Shown here: positions 9,718 through 19,695 of the stretch, piece after piece
Position numbering within the stretch: position 1 is the stretch's first letter
How the letters are laid out: the number at the start of each line of letters is the position of its first letter
Origin: a virus
Strand: one strand, 5' to 3'
DNA length: 64,000 nt
Virus record (IMG/VR): IMGVR_UViG_3300025122_006404
Coordinates: 23,672-87,671 of that record
The notes under the pieces: generated by a model
The model's database searches: none
The model's input: only the letters and a program-made list of their open reading frames with translations
Told to the model about the DNA's origin: nothing
Position numbers and translations under genes: made by a program

Positions 9718-9809
9718 TAATAAAATTCTATTCTAGAATTTAAATTATATTTTTATCCCATAGATATGATTTACCCATAACTAATAACAATACAGGAGTA
9801 ATAAAAATA

Positions 9810-10292
9810 ATGGAAAAGAGATTAATCACAATTGAAGGATACAGCAAGCTAGTTGAGGATCTAGATCACTATCTAACTGTAGTAAGACCCCAGGTCGTTA
9901 AAGATATCGAAGATGCCCTGTCTTTTGGAGATTTGAGAGAAAATGCTGAATATTCCTTCGCCAAAGAGCGCCAGGCCCAAATAGAAGATAAGATTATAAA
10001 GCTTTCAGAAATCATTAAAAATTCTAAAGCTATAGATATTAAAAATCTATCTAATGATAATATCGTTTCATTTGGATCAAGAGTTAGAATTTTAAATCTG
10101 GAAACAGACGTAGAAAAAGTCTATCAGCTTGTAGGAAAATCAGAATTTGATGCCAAGAAGGGAAAAATAAGCTACATGTCTCCCGTGGGAAAAGAGCTTA
10201 TGGGAAAATCTCCCGGAGATGATATTGAAGTCACTGTTCCTGCGGGAGATCAAATTTGGGAAATATTGGAAATAGTTTCTGAGCCACTGTAG
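9810..10292 (+). CDS. greA: Transcription elongation factor GreA
   Basis: GDLRENAEY, ISYMSPVGKELMGK. Confidence 0.95.
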   Translation: MEKRLITIEGYSKLVEDLDHYLTVVRPQVVKDIEDALSFGDLRENAEYSFAKERQAQIEDKIIKLSEIIKNSKAIDIKNLSNDNIVSFGSRVRILNLETDVEKVYQLVGKSEFDAKKGKISYMSPVGKELMGKSPGDDIEVTVPAGDQIWEILEIVSEPL

Positions 10293-10354
10293 CTCAATGG
10301 CAGAGCTCCGCTCTTGTAAAGCGGGGGTTAAGGGTTCAAATCCCTTCGGTGGCT
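10283..10354 (+). tRNA. tRNA-Thr(UGU)
   Basis: Acceptor GCCACTG/CGGTGGC, anticodon arm CCGCT-CTTGTAA-AGCGG, T loop TTCAAAT; no encoded CCA. Confidence 0.9.
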
Positions 10355-10431
10355 CCGCCCTTTATTAAAAAAATTATACTATTGTATACGATATCATTAA
10401 AATGATATAATCTATGAAGAGGATTTAAAAC

Positions 10432-10614
10432 ATGGAAGAAAAACTATTAAACGATTTAATAAAGCTGCGAGAATTTGTTATCTCACGTTACGATAAGCTA
10501 GATGGCAGAACCGAATCAAGTGCCATGATGAAGCAAGATGAAGTTGCTTTCGATTTCGAGACAATAGTCCGCAGCATTGACGATCTTTTAAAGAATGATG
10601 TTAAATTTGAATAG
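10432..10614 (+). CDS. Hypothetical protein
   Basis: GAGG RBS; TTGTAT-N18-TATAAT promoter at 10382-10411. Confidence 0.6.
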   Translation: MEEKLLNDLIKLREFVISRYDKLDGRTESSAMMKQDEVAFDFETIVRSIDDLLKNDVKFE

Positions 10615-10651
10615 TTGAAATTATAAAAAATTAATTCCTCATATTTATTAA

Positions 10652-11530
10652 ATGAGGATGTCTAAACTATTTAAAATATGGGGAATGTCCTTCCTGTTTT
10701 TCGGGGGGTGTTCCCCTGACTATTCAATCAATGACCAGCAAGAAACTAGAGTCGTTGTCGACTCCTTTGTTCAAGCCGAAGAGATAGAAGATCTCGATGT
10801 ACTGGTGGTAGTGGATACTTCTGGTTCAATGCTAGATGATGCAGATGAGGTGGGATCGGGTCTTGAGATATTTAGGTCTGATATTGAGGGGTTGACCTCC
10901 ACCTATAGAATCGCTTTTATAACAACAGACGCCGATCGATTGGGATACACAGGATACTATGACACCTCGTCATCATCAATTGATTTAATGCTAGCACCGG
11001 GTCTTCTACCCTCTGTCTCTGGAGAAGCAGGTTTCGAATCTACTTATGTTTTTATTTCCAGCGACGAGGGAATAGAGTTTAAAAGAGACGAAGCGGATTT
11101 TCTTTTATTTTTAATATCAGATGAAGATGAACAAAGCAGTATTTCTTCTGCTATATTTAAAGACTGGTTACAGAATGAGTTTTCCGAAGTCAACCATGAC
11201 GTGGTTTCCATCACCTCCCTCGAAGATAGTGAGTGCTCCTGGGAGATAGGATTTAAATATATTGAATTATCTGCTCTTTACAATAAGGATGCTATTGATA
11301 TATGTGCTGAAGGCTGGGAAGTTTGGTTAGCAGAAAGCTCTTTTCTCACTCAGATGATTAGAGAAATTCAACTTACTGAAATCCCTATTTTAGAATCAGT
11401 GGTGGTCTATGTGGATCAGCAGATTACTTATGCATGGACGTACAGCGAGCCTAGTAATTCAATATATTTAGACGTGATTCCTGACTATGGATCGGTGGTT
11501 GAAGCAGGTTACAAGGTTTATATGGATTAA
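10652..11530 (+). CDS. vWA-domain lipoprotein (myxobacterial type)
   Basis: Signal ending FFGGC; DVLVVVDTSGSM MIDAS motif; ITTD; ISDEDEQS. Confidence 0.8.
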   Translation: MRMSKLFKIWGMSFLFFGGCSPDYSINDQQETRVVVDSFVQAEEIEDLDVLVVVDTSGSMLDDADEVGSGLEIFRSDIEGLTSTYRIAFITTDADRLGYTGYYDTSSSSIDLMLAPGLLPSVSGEAGFESTYVFISSDEGIEFKRDEADFLLFLISDEDEQSSISSAIFKDWLQNEFSEVNHDVVSITSLEDSECSWEIGFKYIELSALYNKDAIDICAEGWEVWLAESSFLTQMIREIQLTEIPILESVVVYVDQQITYAWTYSEPSNSIYLDVIPDYGSVVEAGYKVYMD

Positions 11531-11580
11531 ATGTCGATATAAGCCTATTTTTAAAATAATTAGATATAGAGGGGTGATTT

Positions 11581-11799
11581 GTGAAACCAGGCGATTTAGT
11601 AACTTTAAAAGAAAACATTGAGCGCTTAGATAAAAGTGAAATTTTATTAAATAATGACCTGGGTATAGTAATAAATTCCAGTGATCGCAGGTGTAAAGTA
11701 TTAATAAGGGGCACAGTTTGGGGATTTAAAAGTGATATGCTTTTAAAGCTAGATGAATATGACAAAGGTCAAGCACATGCCCAAGATGAGCCCAACTAA
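11581..11799 (+). CDS. Small MKxGDLV-family protein
   Basis: MKPGDLV...LGIVI. Confidence 0.7.
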   Translation: MKPGDLVTLKENIERLDKSEILLNNDLGIVINSSDRRCKVLIRGTVWGFKSDMLLKLDEYDKGQAHAQDEPN

Positions 11800-11985
11800 T
11801 AATGACAACATTAAAGCAATTCCATGCTGCCGGGATTGCTTAGTAAGGTGGCTTTTTTCAATTCTAAGCATCTCATAGTCAGAATATAATCTTTCTTGAG
11901 CTATCTTAACTTGTTCTTCAAGATGTTCTAGCTCTTTTTCTTTCATTTGTATTAATCGAGGGTGAGAGATAAGATTGTCGTCCAC
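11749..11985 (-). CDS. Small membrane-anchored coiled-coil protein
   Basis: C-terminal hydrophobic helix; follows redoxin gene on minus strand. Confidence 0.5.
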   Translation of the reverse strand: MDDNLISHPRLIQMKEKELEHLEEQVKIAQERLYSDYEMLRIEKSHLTKQSRQHGIALMLSLLVGLILGMCLTFVIFI

Positions 11986-11993
11986 TTTAATTC

Positions 11994-12656
11994 CTATAGA
12001 AGAGACTCTATTTCTTCAACAATAACACTTTCATTCCAGCCGGGAAGATAAAATTCTGTGATCATATCTCGATTAATAATAAAAAATGTCGGCCAACTAC
12101 TTACCTGCCACCCAGACTCCCCGTCCGGATCAATTAGAGATCTATTTCCAATTAAAACGGGGGATGAAGTCATTCCGTACTGAGAAGACCAAGAGTAGAT
12201 ATCTGATATACCTGGTTCGGAGCCAGTTTGATCGTCTATGAGGATGGTTATGTATACAAAATTTTGATCCTCATACGTGTCTTGTATAATTTGAGAATTA
12301 GGTGCTATCATTTTACATACAGGGCACCACATCGTTGAAAAGTCTAAAACAATTACCTTTCCCATATGATCGTAAAGAGAAAATTCATTTCCATTTTGAT
12401 CAATGAGATTAAACTCGCAGGGATGATCTTGGAGATCATAGGAGCAATTGGACCACGTGACTAGAGGGTTTTCTCCTGAAGAATCTGGAGTCCCGCTATC
12501 CAAAAACTTGTGAGGATAAATTTCTATATTTAAATCTCTCCCACTGGGAGAAATTTCAGTCTTAACGGGTTCATCATCTCTTTCCGTAGATGTGTCATTA
12601 GAATGTAATAGACACGAGCAGAGAAAAAAGAACAAAGTGGTAAATCCAATATTCAT
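11994..12656 (-). CDS. TlpA/redoxin-family thioredoxin-like lipoprotein
   Basis: DFSTMWCPVC, SWPTFF, signal peptide with Cys. Confidence 0.85.
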   Translation of the reverse strand: MNIGFTTLFFFLCSCLLHSNDTSTERDDEPVKTEISPSGRDLNIEIYPHKFLDSGTPDSSGENPLVTWSNCSYDLQDHPCEFNLIDQNGNEFSLYDHMGKVIVLDFSTMWCPVCKMIAPNSQIIQDTYEDQNFVYITILIDDQTGSEPGISDIYSWSSQYGMTSSPVLIGNRSLIDPDGESGWQVSSWPTFFIINRDMITEFYLPGWNESVIVEEIESLL

Positions 12657-12708
12657 TTTTATAAAAGTTATTAATTTTATCTTATCAATTTCCTATAATT
12701 AATATAGG

Positions 12709-13485
12709 ATGCTTAAATTTAAAAATAAATTTCTACTTAGGCTGTCGGTTATAGGGTTTTTATTTTGTATCTGCTGCTATAGTTTTAGCTCTTACTCACC
12801 CCAATCGGAATCCAGAGAACTTTCTACTGCTACGATGGGACCCGAGCTCATTAAAAGCTCAAATGATATTCCCAGGTCTCTTAGGAGATCTTTGCGTTTA
12901 TCTGTGGTTAAAGTCAAGTCCGTTCTTATTCCTACAGGTCCTGATACAGATCTTCTCTATCGATATGGAAGCGGATCTTACATGATTTTTGAAGATAGGC
13001 ACTTTGTTATCACAGCTGCTCATGTTCTTCGCGATGCGGGAGTTGTCATCGTAGCAGGTTTTTCTGAAGAGGTCCTCGCAACTCCCGTTTATATCGATTT
13101 TGAATCAGATGTGGCTGTGCTATTGATTCCCCGAATGGATTCTCGGTCTCCAGTAGCATTTAATCCCATTAAATTTCCCAGAAGTCGAAATATTGCAGGA
13201 GAAAATATCGTATATGCAGGATATCCTAATTCTCATGATGAACCCTTAGTTTTATCTGGTATTATCGCAGGATATGAGAATGATAGATTAATTCTTCAAT
13301 CGTATGCGTGGATGGGATCTTCAGGGTCATGTATATTTGATCATCGAGGAAGAATCGTTGGAATTGTGTCCGGCATAGAGATAGGATCATCTAACCATTT
13401 TCCTCCTCAGCTAATTGAAAGCATGATTTGGGCATCTCCGGCGTGGAATTTAAGTAAATCTCGAATGAGAGAAATTCTAAATTGA
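12709..13485 (+). CDS. Secreted trypsin-like serine protease
   Basis: TAAHV, DVA, GSSGS triad; N-terminal hydrophobic signal. Confidence 0.85.
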   Translation: MLKFKNKFLLRLSVIGFLFCICCYSFSSYSPQSESRELSTATMGPELIKSSNDIPRSLRRSLRLSVVKVKSVLIPTGPDTDLLYRYGSGSYMIFEDRHFVITAAHVLRDAGVVIVAGFSEEVLATPVYIDFESDVAVLLIPRMDSRSPVAFNPIKFPRSRNIAGENIVYAGYPNSHDEPLVLSGIIAGYENDRLILQSYAWMGSSGSCIFDHRGRIVGIVSGIEIGSSNHFPPQLIESMIWASPAWNLSKSRMREILN

Positions 13486-13489
13486 TTTG

Positions 13490-13518
13490 ATGTAAATTGT
13501 ATTTCTCTATGATATAAT
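13490..13518 (+). promoter_or_regulatory. Sigma70-like promoter
   Basis: ATGTAA-N17-TATAAT. Confidence 0.6.
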
Positions 13519-13912
13519 GTTACATATATCGGAGAAGAAATGTCTAGTGTATTACCTGGCTCGTGAAAGAGCCTTAAATAACGGTAGAGTTTATCATATT
13601 GCAGCAATTTTGCGAAGAGGAAAGCATATTGTTAAAATTGGAGTAAACTCAAGCAAAACTCATCCTCAATTTGGAAGAGTGTATCCTGATGGATCATGCG
13701 CTTATCACATGCATGCTGAAATGGACGCGCTACGTTTTGCCCAGCCCGGAGATACTCTAGAAGTTATGAGATTTCGTAAGTCAGATAATGAATATGCTAT
13801 TGCGAAGCCTTGTGAGTTTTGCATGAAACATATTATAGAAGCTGGAATTAAAAAGGTTAAATATACTAACGATCTAGGTGAATGGGAAACAATGAGAGTT
13901 TTTCCCGCGTAG
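13517..13912 (+). CDS. Zn-dependent cytidine/deoxycytidylate deaminase-fold protein (start probably GTG 13547)
   Basis: HAE...KPCEFC motifs. Confidence 0.85.
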   Translation: MLHISEKKCLVYYLARERALNNGRVYHIAAILRRGKHIVKIGVNSSKTHPQFGRVYPDGSCAYHMHAEMDALRFAQPGDTLEVMRFRKSDNEYAIAKPCEFCMKHIIEAGIKKVKYTNDLGEWETMRVFPA

Positions 13913-13924
13913 GAATAGTTTTTT

Positions 13925-14512
13925 TTACTGATTCAGAGTTTCTTGAATCAGTGTGTCAATCCAGGTGGAGCTAAATCCTTGTAATCTAGTGTGTAGTACC
14001 ATCTCATCAGTAATAAAAAAGAAAGTCGGCCATGCTGTTAATGGCCATCCATTTGTTCCGCTTACATCAATTAAATCACGTGAGCCAGCGAGGACTGGAG
14101 AGGTAATCCCATAGGTGTCACACCAATAGGTGATATCTGCTGCAGTGGGAGGGTCTCCCGTAGAATTTTCAATTAATACAGTGATATAGGTAATTTCTTC
14201 TGCATATTGATCTTGGACTTGCTGGACTTCTGCAGCTGCACTGTTGCAAGGTCCACACCACATCGTAGAGAGATCGAGAACAATAACACCACCATAATAA
14301 TCATAAAGAGAAATATCCATCAACAGCTGATTGCTTAGGGTAAAATTACAGGGATGATCTCCAGTATTTTGTGAGCAGGATTCCCACGACGCCCAGGGAT
14401 AAGGATCAGCTACGGGAGTATTGCTGGTATCGCCAGATGTCAGACTAGGCTTGCATCCCCCGAGTCCCATTATCATTAGTAGTCCCCAGTTTATCAAATT
14501 ATTTTTTAACAT
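13925..14512 (-). CDS. TlpA/redoxin-family thioredoxin-like lipoprotein
   Basis: LGGC lipobox, DLSTMWCGPC, AWPTFF. Confidence 0.85.
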   Translation of the reverse strand: MLKNNLINWGLLMIMGLGGCKPSLTSGDTSNTPVADPYPWASWESCSQNTGDHPCNFTLSNQLLMDISLYDYYGGVIVLDLSTMWCGPCNSAAAEVQQVQDQYAEEITYITVLIENSTGDPPTAADITYWCDTYGITSPVLAGSRDLIDVSGTNGWPLTAWPTFFFITDEMVLHTRLQGFSSTWIDTLIQETLNQ

Positions 14513-14537
14513 CTTAATTTCTAGTGCTCCTTATTTC

Positions 14538-15293
14538 TTACCGAACTATCCCAAATACATCATCAACCCAGCCGAAAACTATTTCCTCATTCCACCCAAG
14601 TAGACCGTTATGGACGGTTAGAGTCTCATCTACCACCACAATTGTTGGCCACGCAGAAATTGGATAACCATCTTCGGCAGTAAGATCGATAATGCTTCTA
14701 TCTCCAGCCAAGACAGGGGAAGTGGTCATGCCATACCTAGAAACCCAATCCTGAATTTCTGATGGCGTCGGCGGCGTTCCCCACGATGGTCCATCTACTA
14801 ATACCGTTACCCATAAGAAATCGTAGCCTAAAGCTGTGTAGGTATCTTGATGAATCTGAGCGTCTCCGGCGATACTGTTGCAGACTCCGCACCAGATTGT
14901 AGAAAAATCGACAACCATAACAGTGCCATAGTTGTCATAGAGTGACCAATCATTTCCATTTTGATCTTGGAATGTAAAGTCGCAAGCTTTTTCCCCGGGT
15001 TTTCCGCTACATTCAGTCCACGTAATGGGAGATGGATCTGTGTCCTCGACTGCAGAGTCACTATCACTGTCGGAAGTATCCGTGTTCGTGATATGAGTAT
15101 CTTTAATGACAGAATCATCATCGACGACGGAATCATCATCGACTGTGTCTTCTTCTATGACTGTGTCGTTCGAAGTTTTATCATTTATGCCTGTTGAAGT
15201 CTCCCCAGGCGTCGCGCAGCTTATGAGATTAGCTGTTGTGAAATTGGCCCACGCAAGTGCGGCCAAAAATATAAGTGATTTGTGTTTTAACAT
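14538..15293 (-). CDS. TlpA/redoxin-family thioredoxin-like lipoprotein with D/T/S linker
   Basis: LISC, DFSTIWCGVC, AWPTIV. Confidence 0.85.
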   Translation of the reverse strand: MLKHKSLIFLAALAWANFTTANLISCATPGETSTGINDKTSNDTVIEEDTVDDDSVVDDDSVIKDTHITNTDTSDSDSDSAVEDTDPSPITWTECSGKPGEKACDFTFQDQNGNDWSLYDNYGTVMVVDFSTIWCGVCNSIAGDAQIHQDTYTALGYDFLWVTVLVDGPSWGTPPTPSEIQDWVSRYGMTTSPVLAGDRSIIDLTAEDGYPISAWPTIVVVDETLTVHNGLLGWNEEIVFGWVDDVFGIVR

Positions 15294-15296
15294 GTT

Positions 15297-16910
15297 TTAT
15301 TCTCCAGTGTCACAGTCCGCCCAAGCTGCATATTGTATATCAATTGAACTTTCATCTGCAGGCGCTACAGTAAATGAAACAGAATTGGCTGCGGTGTCAT
15401 ATGTCCAATCTGCTGAAAGTAAACCATCAACACTCACTATGATAGTGTCTTCAATGGGATAATCTGATAAAGGAAAAGAGAGCATCGACATTGAGTCTCT
15501 AGCTAATGTGTCCATAGTGACACTCCAATCTGCAGCGCAGATTGACATAAACGTTCCGCCCAGATCAGCCACGACGTCATAATATCCATCGCCGAACTGG
15601 GCGCTGCCATTTGACGTGCATCCAGAAGGATAATCACCAGCGACCGCATGTGCCACAACAAGCTCGTGAGAGCTTTTCAATGATTGAAGGTGCGTAGAAT
15701 AATCAGAAGGAGTCATTCCAGCTGATCCTCCTCCGTAGGCTGAAGTATTGGTAGAGGCATCAGGTTCGTCGGAAACATATACCACCACTAAGCGAGCCGA
15801 TGCTCTAAAAAATCCCGTTGCTGATCCCGGAGCTGCATCTCCACCAGTAGCTGTGGATTCATATGAATACCACAATCCTTTTTCAATTGGTGCTCCGTGG
15901 TATCCAATCGCATCGACCTGGTTGCTAAATTCTGCTACTGGATCAGGAGTAGCGGGAGTGATTATGTTTCCTACAAAACTGGCATCATCTGTGGTTATTA
16001 GAGCTACTTGATAATCTACTCCAGCACCTACAAAGACGGACATAAAATCTCCGAAATTATTTTTTAGATTAGTCTGATTAGAAGACATAGACCCAGAGTT
16101 ATCAACAACAAAAAGAATGTCTACTATTGCTTCTCCATCTTGTGTAAAATTATCTATCACCCAATACTCATAAGCTCCTAGTGCGCTGTGATCTGACATA
16201 ACAACGGGGTTAAGCGGATCGCTAGATACTATTTCAACATATGCATCGTCTGATAATAAGTCTAGCGGGGTGTAGTAAATTGTAAGGCTTAAAGAATCAC
16301 TGGGGGCAATAATCCACGGTAACGGTCCATTTTCAATTTCGTATTGAATCATTGAAAAGTCAACAGGGACTGTAACATAATATCTGATGTCATTTATTTC
16401 CAAATTAGCATTGCCAATATTTGAGATAGTAATATCAAATGAGTCATCACATCCAAGATAAACTGTTCCTAAGTCATGCGCGGCAGGATCTACTTCAATC
16501 ACAGGAGCGTCACCTTTTCCAGATAGATTGACTGTAACAATTTCCTCGTCTGGATCGTCTGATAAAATTGAAATCGAATTTATATTTGATTCGTAGGTAA
16601 TTGGGTCATAGGAAACTATAAGATCTGTAGATTTTCCCGGCTCTATTTCATTTGAAATTATATTTGTTATGGAATAAACTGACGTTGATAGATTAAATTT
16701 GATTGCATTAATATTGAGAACTTCATTCCCTGCGTTTGAGATCGTAATTGTTTCAAGAGATAGTTCGTATCCTGCATTTAATGATCCGAAATCAACTGTA
16801 GTTGGATTTACATCTATGTCAGGCTCACGGTCTACTTTTGGATGAAGTGCATAATCTGAGCAACTAAATAGAGAAAGAAGAATAACAAGTGACTGAATTA
16901 AACGAAACAT
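15297..16910 (-). CDS. Lipoprotein with two Ig-like (choice-of-anchor D/ASH-type) domains and a vWA domain
   Basis: LFSC lipobox; P.IxVxP..DFG...ITISNxG repeats; VDILFVVDNSGSM; paralog of 10652 gene. Confidence 0.8.
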   Translation of the reverse strand: MFRLIQSLVILLSLFSCSDYALHPKVDREPDIDVNPTTVDFGSLNAGYELSLETITISNAGNEVLNINAIKFNLSTSVYSITNIISNEIEPGKSTDLIVSYDPITYESNINSISILSDDPDEEIVTVNLSGKGDAPVIEVDPAAHDLGTVYLGCDDSFDITISNIGNANLEINDIRYYVTVPVDFSMIQYEIENGPLPWIIAPSDSLSLTIYYTPLDLLSDDAYVEIVSSDPLNPVVMSDHSALGAYEYWVIDNFTQDGEAIVDILFVVDNSGSMSSNQTNLKNNFGDFMSVFVGAGVDYQVALITTDDASFVGNIITPATPDPVAEFSNQVDAIGYHGAPIEKGLWYSYESTATGGDAAPGSATGFFRASARLVVVYVSDEPDASTNTSAYGGGSAGMTPSDYSTHLQSLKSSHELVVAHAVAGDYPSGCTSNGSAQFGDGYYDVVADLGGTFMSICAADWSVTMDTLARDSMSMLSFPLSDYPIEDTIIVSVDGLLSADWTYDTAANSVSFTVAPADESSIDIQYAAWADCDTGE

Positions 16911-16949
16911 GTCATTAATATATATGTGCTCATGCAAGGTATGCCGATC

Positions 16950-16978
16950 ATGTAAATCCTTTTCTTTTGAGATATAAT
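16950..16978 (+). promoter_or_regulatory. Sigma70-like promoter
   Basis: ATGTAA-N17-TATAAT. Confidence 0.65.
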
Positions 16979-17007
16979 AAGGATAGAAACTATCGGGATG
17001 GTTTAAA

Positions 17008-17613
17008 GTGATTCATCTGTTTGGAAAGATTCCTACAAAGGTTCATGTAGCGTGCTCAGGAGGCCCGGACTCCATGGCTGTTCTTGATTTTCTTTTAAAT
17101 GGTCGAAAGTCTATTACTGTAGTGCATTTTGATCATGGAACAGAGCATGCAAATGTGGCGAGACAATTTATTACTGACTATTGCAGGTTCAAAAAAATTC
17201 CCATCGTAGTGAAAGAAATTCAGAGATCAAAAAGTAAAGAGGAATCTCCCGAGGAATATTGGAGAAATGAGAGATATCGATTTTTTAGAGGGATAAGCTC
17301 TCCTATTGTTACCGGTCATAATTTAGATGACGCTGTAGAGTGGTGGATAATGACTGCGATGCACGGACAGCCACGACTGATTCCCTACCGGCATGGAAAT
17401 GTCATTAGGCCTTTTTTGCTTGCTGAAAAGTCAGAATTGCTTGAGTGGGTGGAAAGAAAAAATATTCCCTATGTGCTAGATCCTTCTAATAAGTCAGATA
17501 AATTTTCTCGCTCTATTGTAAGAGAACATATAATGCCACATGCACTTAAGGTAAATCCTGGAATTAGGAAAGTGGTCAAACGTCTTTTAAAAGAGAGCAC
17601 TACTTCATTTTGA
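17008..17613 (+). CDS. tilS: tRNA(Ile)-lysidine synthetase, catalytic domain only
   Basis: ACSGGPDS PP-loop, HFDHG, RY, TGHNLDD, IRP, DPSN. Confidence 0.88.
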   Translation: MIHLFGKIPTKVHVACSGGPDSMAVLDFLLNGRKSITVVHFDHGTEHANVARQFITDYCRFKKIPIVVKEIQRSKSKEESPEEYWRNERYRFFRGISSPIVTGHNLDDAVEWWIMTAMHGQPRLIPYRHGNVIRPFLLAEKSELLEWVERKNIPYVLDPSNKSDKFSRSIVREHIMPHALKVNPGIRKVVKRLLKESTTSF

Positions 17614-17641
17614 TGTAGCTTTCAAAAAAAAATGGTATAAT
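17613..17641 (+). promoter_or_regulatory. Sigma70-like promoter
   Basis: ATGTAG-N17-TATAAT with TG extension. Confidence 0.6.
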
Positions 17642-17657
17642 AATAAAAGGAGATAAA

Positions 17658-18365
17658 ATGATATATTCTATAGCTATAGCAAGTTTGTTGATGGGATGCC
17701 AGGATAAATCCCATTCCCTATTAGTTTTCGAAACCGCTGACAGGCTAAATACTTCTCATGGCGTGGCTGGCAGTATTGGTTCAAAGGATAGAGAAGAGAC
17801 TGTTGCCATAGAGCCAACTGAGTTTTGGGTCAGTAGTGACAACAGCAGAGAAGATACCATGTTTGTTGCTACTCACTTTATACGATCATCTAGGATGATT
17901 TTCTCTGAAATGATCGCCGTAATCGACGATTCCGACCGAATCGACGTCGATGACCAGGGACCCATCTTTTGGCAGAAGATCTTTGATTCAGAGCTTTCTT
18001 GTCTTGCGGATTCCCAGCTTAGGATTTTTGATATCTCTGAACAAAAGATCAATGATCCTGAGGTTATGACATTTTATACGCCCGAGGTAATCCCACCTCC
18101 TCCAGCTACTATTTCAGGGATGACAGCCCCCATAAGTGATTGGGATTTTTACCTGTTTGTGTGTCGAGATTGTGGGGATGAGAGAGAAGAGACTATTGCT
18201 CATGAAGTGTCACATTACTGGTTTAATGTATGTGATCATAATCTTCCATATGACGTCGAATCATTTGCCAATAAAATTGAAAAGGCCTACGTTGAATCAA
18301 TCGGCAAGGAATATAAAAGCGTCAGGCCAGATCTAAACGCTGTGATTCCTATTCACAGGTTCTGA
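17658..18365 (+). CDS. Lipoprotein with HExxH zincin motif
   Basis: LMGC lipobox; AHEVSHY. Confidence 0.6.
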   Translation: MIYSIAIASLLMGCQDKSHSLLVFETADRLNTSHGVAGSIGSKDREETVAIEPTEFWVSSDNSREDTMFVATHFIRSSRMIFSEMIAVIDDSDRIDVDDQGPIFWQKIFDSELSCLADSQLRIFDISEQKINDPEVMTFYTPEVIPPPPATISGMTAPISDWDFYLFVCRDCGDEREETIAHEVSHYWFNVCDHNLPYDVESFANKIEKAYVESIGKEYKSVRPDLNAVIPIHRF

Positions 18366-18904
18366 ACCAGGCCTTCGTCGTTCCAGCCCCCATTTTCAAG
18401 AATAGGGTGCATTAGATGTCCACGACGGTTTATGTGCAGCCACCCCAGTGCATGACCGATTTCGTGTTCTAGAATTCTTTCCCTGAGATTTTCTTTAAGC
18501 TCAATCCTCACCCGCACAATCTCGCCTGTTTCGCGATCAAATCTTATAAATGTGGTGGCGTGATTCGAAGGATTAAAATTCTCTTGACTAATTAAAGAGA
18601 TCACAATAGATCCGTACGCGGAGCCAACAATACATCCGTTACCGTGGCCAGCTTCAACAATATTACCAAAGGTGTATCCTCTGGTTTTCCACCATTCAAC
18701 TGCTGCTGCCACTTCTGCACGTGCAGCAGGAGATCCTTCGCAAATTTGAATGTCAGGAGGAAATTTCCAGCTTCCTAGCTTTTCTATCTCCCCGCCTCTA
18801 AGTCGAACATCGACATATGGATCCTCAATTAGAACAGGAGTTGATCCAGATAAAACGGGGGATAGAATAATTAAAAATAACAAGCGTTTAAAAAAGTTCG
18901 TCAT
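18353..18904 (-). CDS. Secreted matrixin (M10-like) metalloprotease
   Basis: HEIGHALGWLH plus Met-turn LMHP; signal peptide from ATG 18904. Confidence 0.8.
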   Translation of the reverse strand: MTNFFKRLLFLIILSPVLSGSTPVLIEDPYVDVRLRGGEIEKLGSWKFPPDIQICEGSPAARAEVAAAVEWWKTRGYTFGNIVEAGHGNGCIVGSAYGSIVISLISQENFNPSNHATTFIRFDRETGEIVRVRIELKENLRERILEHEIGHALGWLHINRRGHLMHPILENGGWNDEGLVQNL

Positions 18905-18971
18905 ATAATAAACTATTTCATTGCAGGCTTTTAAGCATGTACAGTCTTGTGGGAGAAGAGTAGAATTAAAC

Positions 18972-19214
18972 ATGAAAAGTAAAAATTCATCTAAAATTGC
19001 ACTTAAAATGCTTAAAAAAGAGGTTGATAAAATAACTACGGGAGTTTTTAAGATAGAGCAGACTTCGGATGACGGGGGTCCCCTCTTTGAGGTGAGGACT
19101 GATAAGAGAAAATCCAAGAGAATGAGGCAGAAGCTCCCCTTGGTTTACATGGGCAGCCGGATTGTAGTGACACAAGTAGCAAGAGAGACGCTAATTCACA
19201 GTGCTAGTAGATAG
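18972..19214 (+). CDS. Hypothetical protein
   Basis: ATG 18972 downstream of ATGTAC-N18-TAGAAT. Confidence 0.5.
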   Translation: MKSKNSSKIALKMLKKEVDKITTGVFKIEQTSDDGGPLFEVRTDKRKSKRMRQKLPLVYMGSRIVVTQVARETLIHSASR

Positions 19215-19389
19215 TTATCAAAAAATTTATATTCGGTCAGCCAAGGATTGGATTCTCGTCTCGGGAACTATTTTTGGAGGATTTTTATCTTTTTCTAGCA
19301 GTTTCTGGCTAGGGATAGGTTTCTGTGTATCTATTGCATTGATGGGAGCACTAGGATACTTTCTCTCGTGGCTCAAAGATGGTTTATAG
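19201..19389 (+). CDS. Small two-TM membrane protein
   Basis: Two hydrophobic segments. Confidence 0.5.
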   Translation: MLVDSYQKIYIRSAKDWILVSGTIFGGFLSFSSSFWLGIGFCVSIALMGALGYFLSWLKDGL

Positions 19390-19398
19390 GGAAGTGAT

Positions 19399-19695
19399 GT
19401 GAGCTCCATCGACGAGATAATTCAACAGATAGAAAAATTACAAAATCTAGCTCTAATGAGGCTCAAGACCAGATGCGAACAGCTTATTAAATCTTCTCAG
19501 GAAAGCCTGGATAAAATTGAAAATTTGGGATTAATGGGATACTATAGTGTAAATCATGATTGCTATAGATATGCCTGTGATGTTCATAGAATATCAAATG
19601 AATTAGGAAACATGAGAGCTATAAAGGAAAATATTATTAAGATCAAGAATACAGTGACACTAGTGGAGGTTGTTGAAGATCTTGAGGAAGAATAG
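19399..19695 (+). CDS. Hypothetical protein
   Basis: 98 aa ORF in run. Confidence 0.55.
   Translation: MSSIDEIIQQIEKLQNLALMRLKTRCEQLIKSSQESLDKIENLGLMGYYSVNHDCYRYACDVHRISNELGNMRAIKENIIKIKNTVTLVEVVEDLEEE

Noticed and set aside
15108-15143. 18-nt tandem duplication
   Set aside because: Encodes a VDDDSV repeat in the low-complexity linker of a lipoprotein
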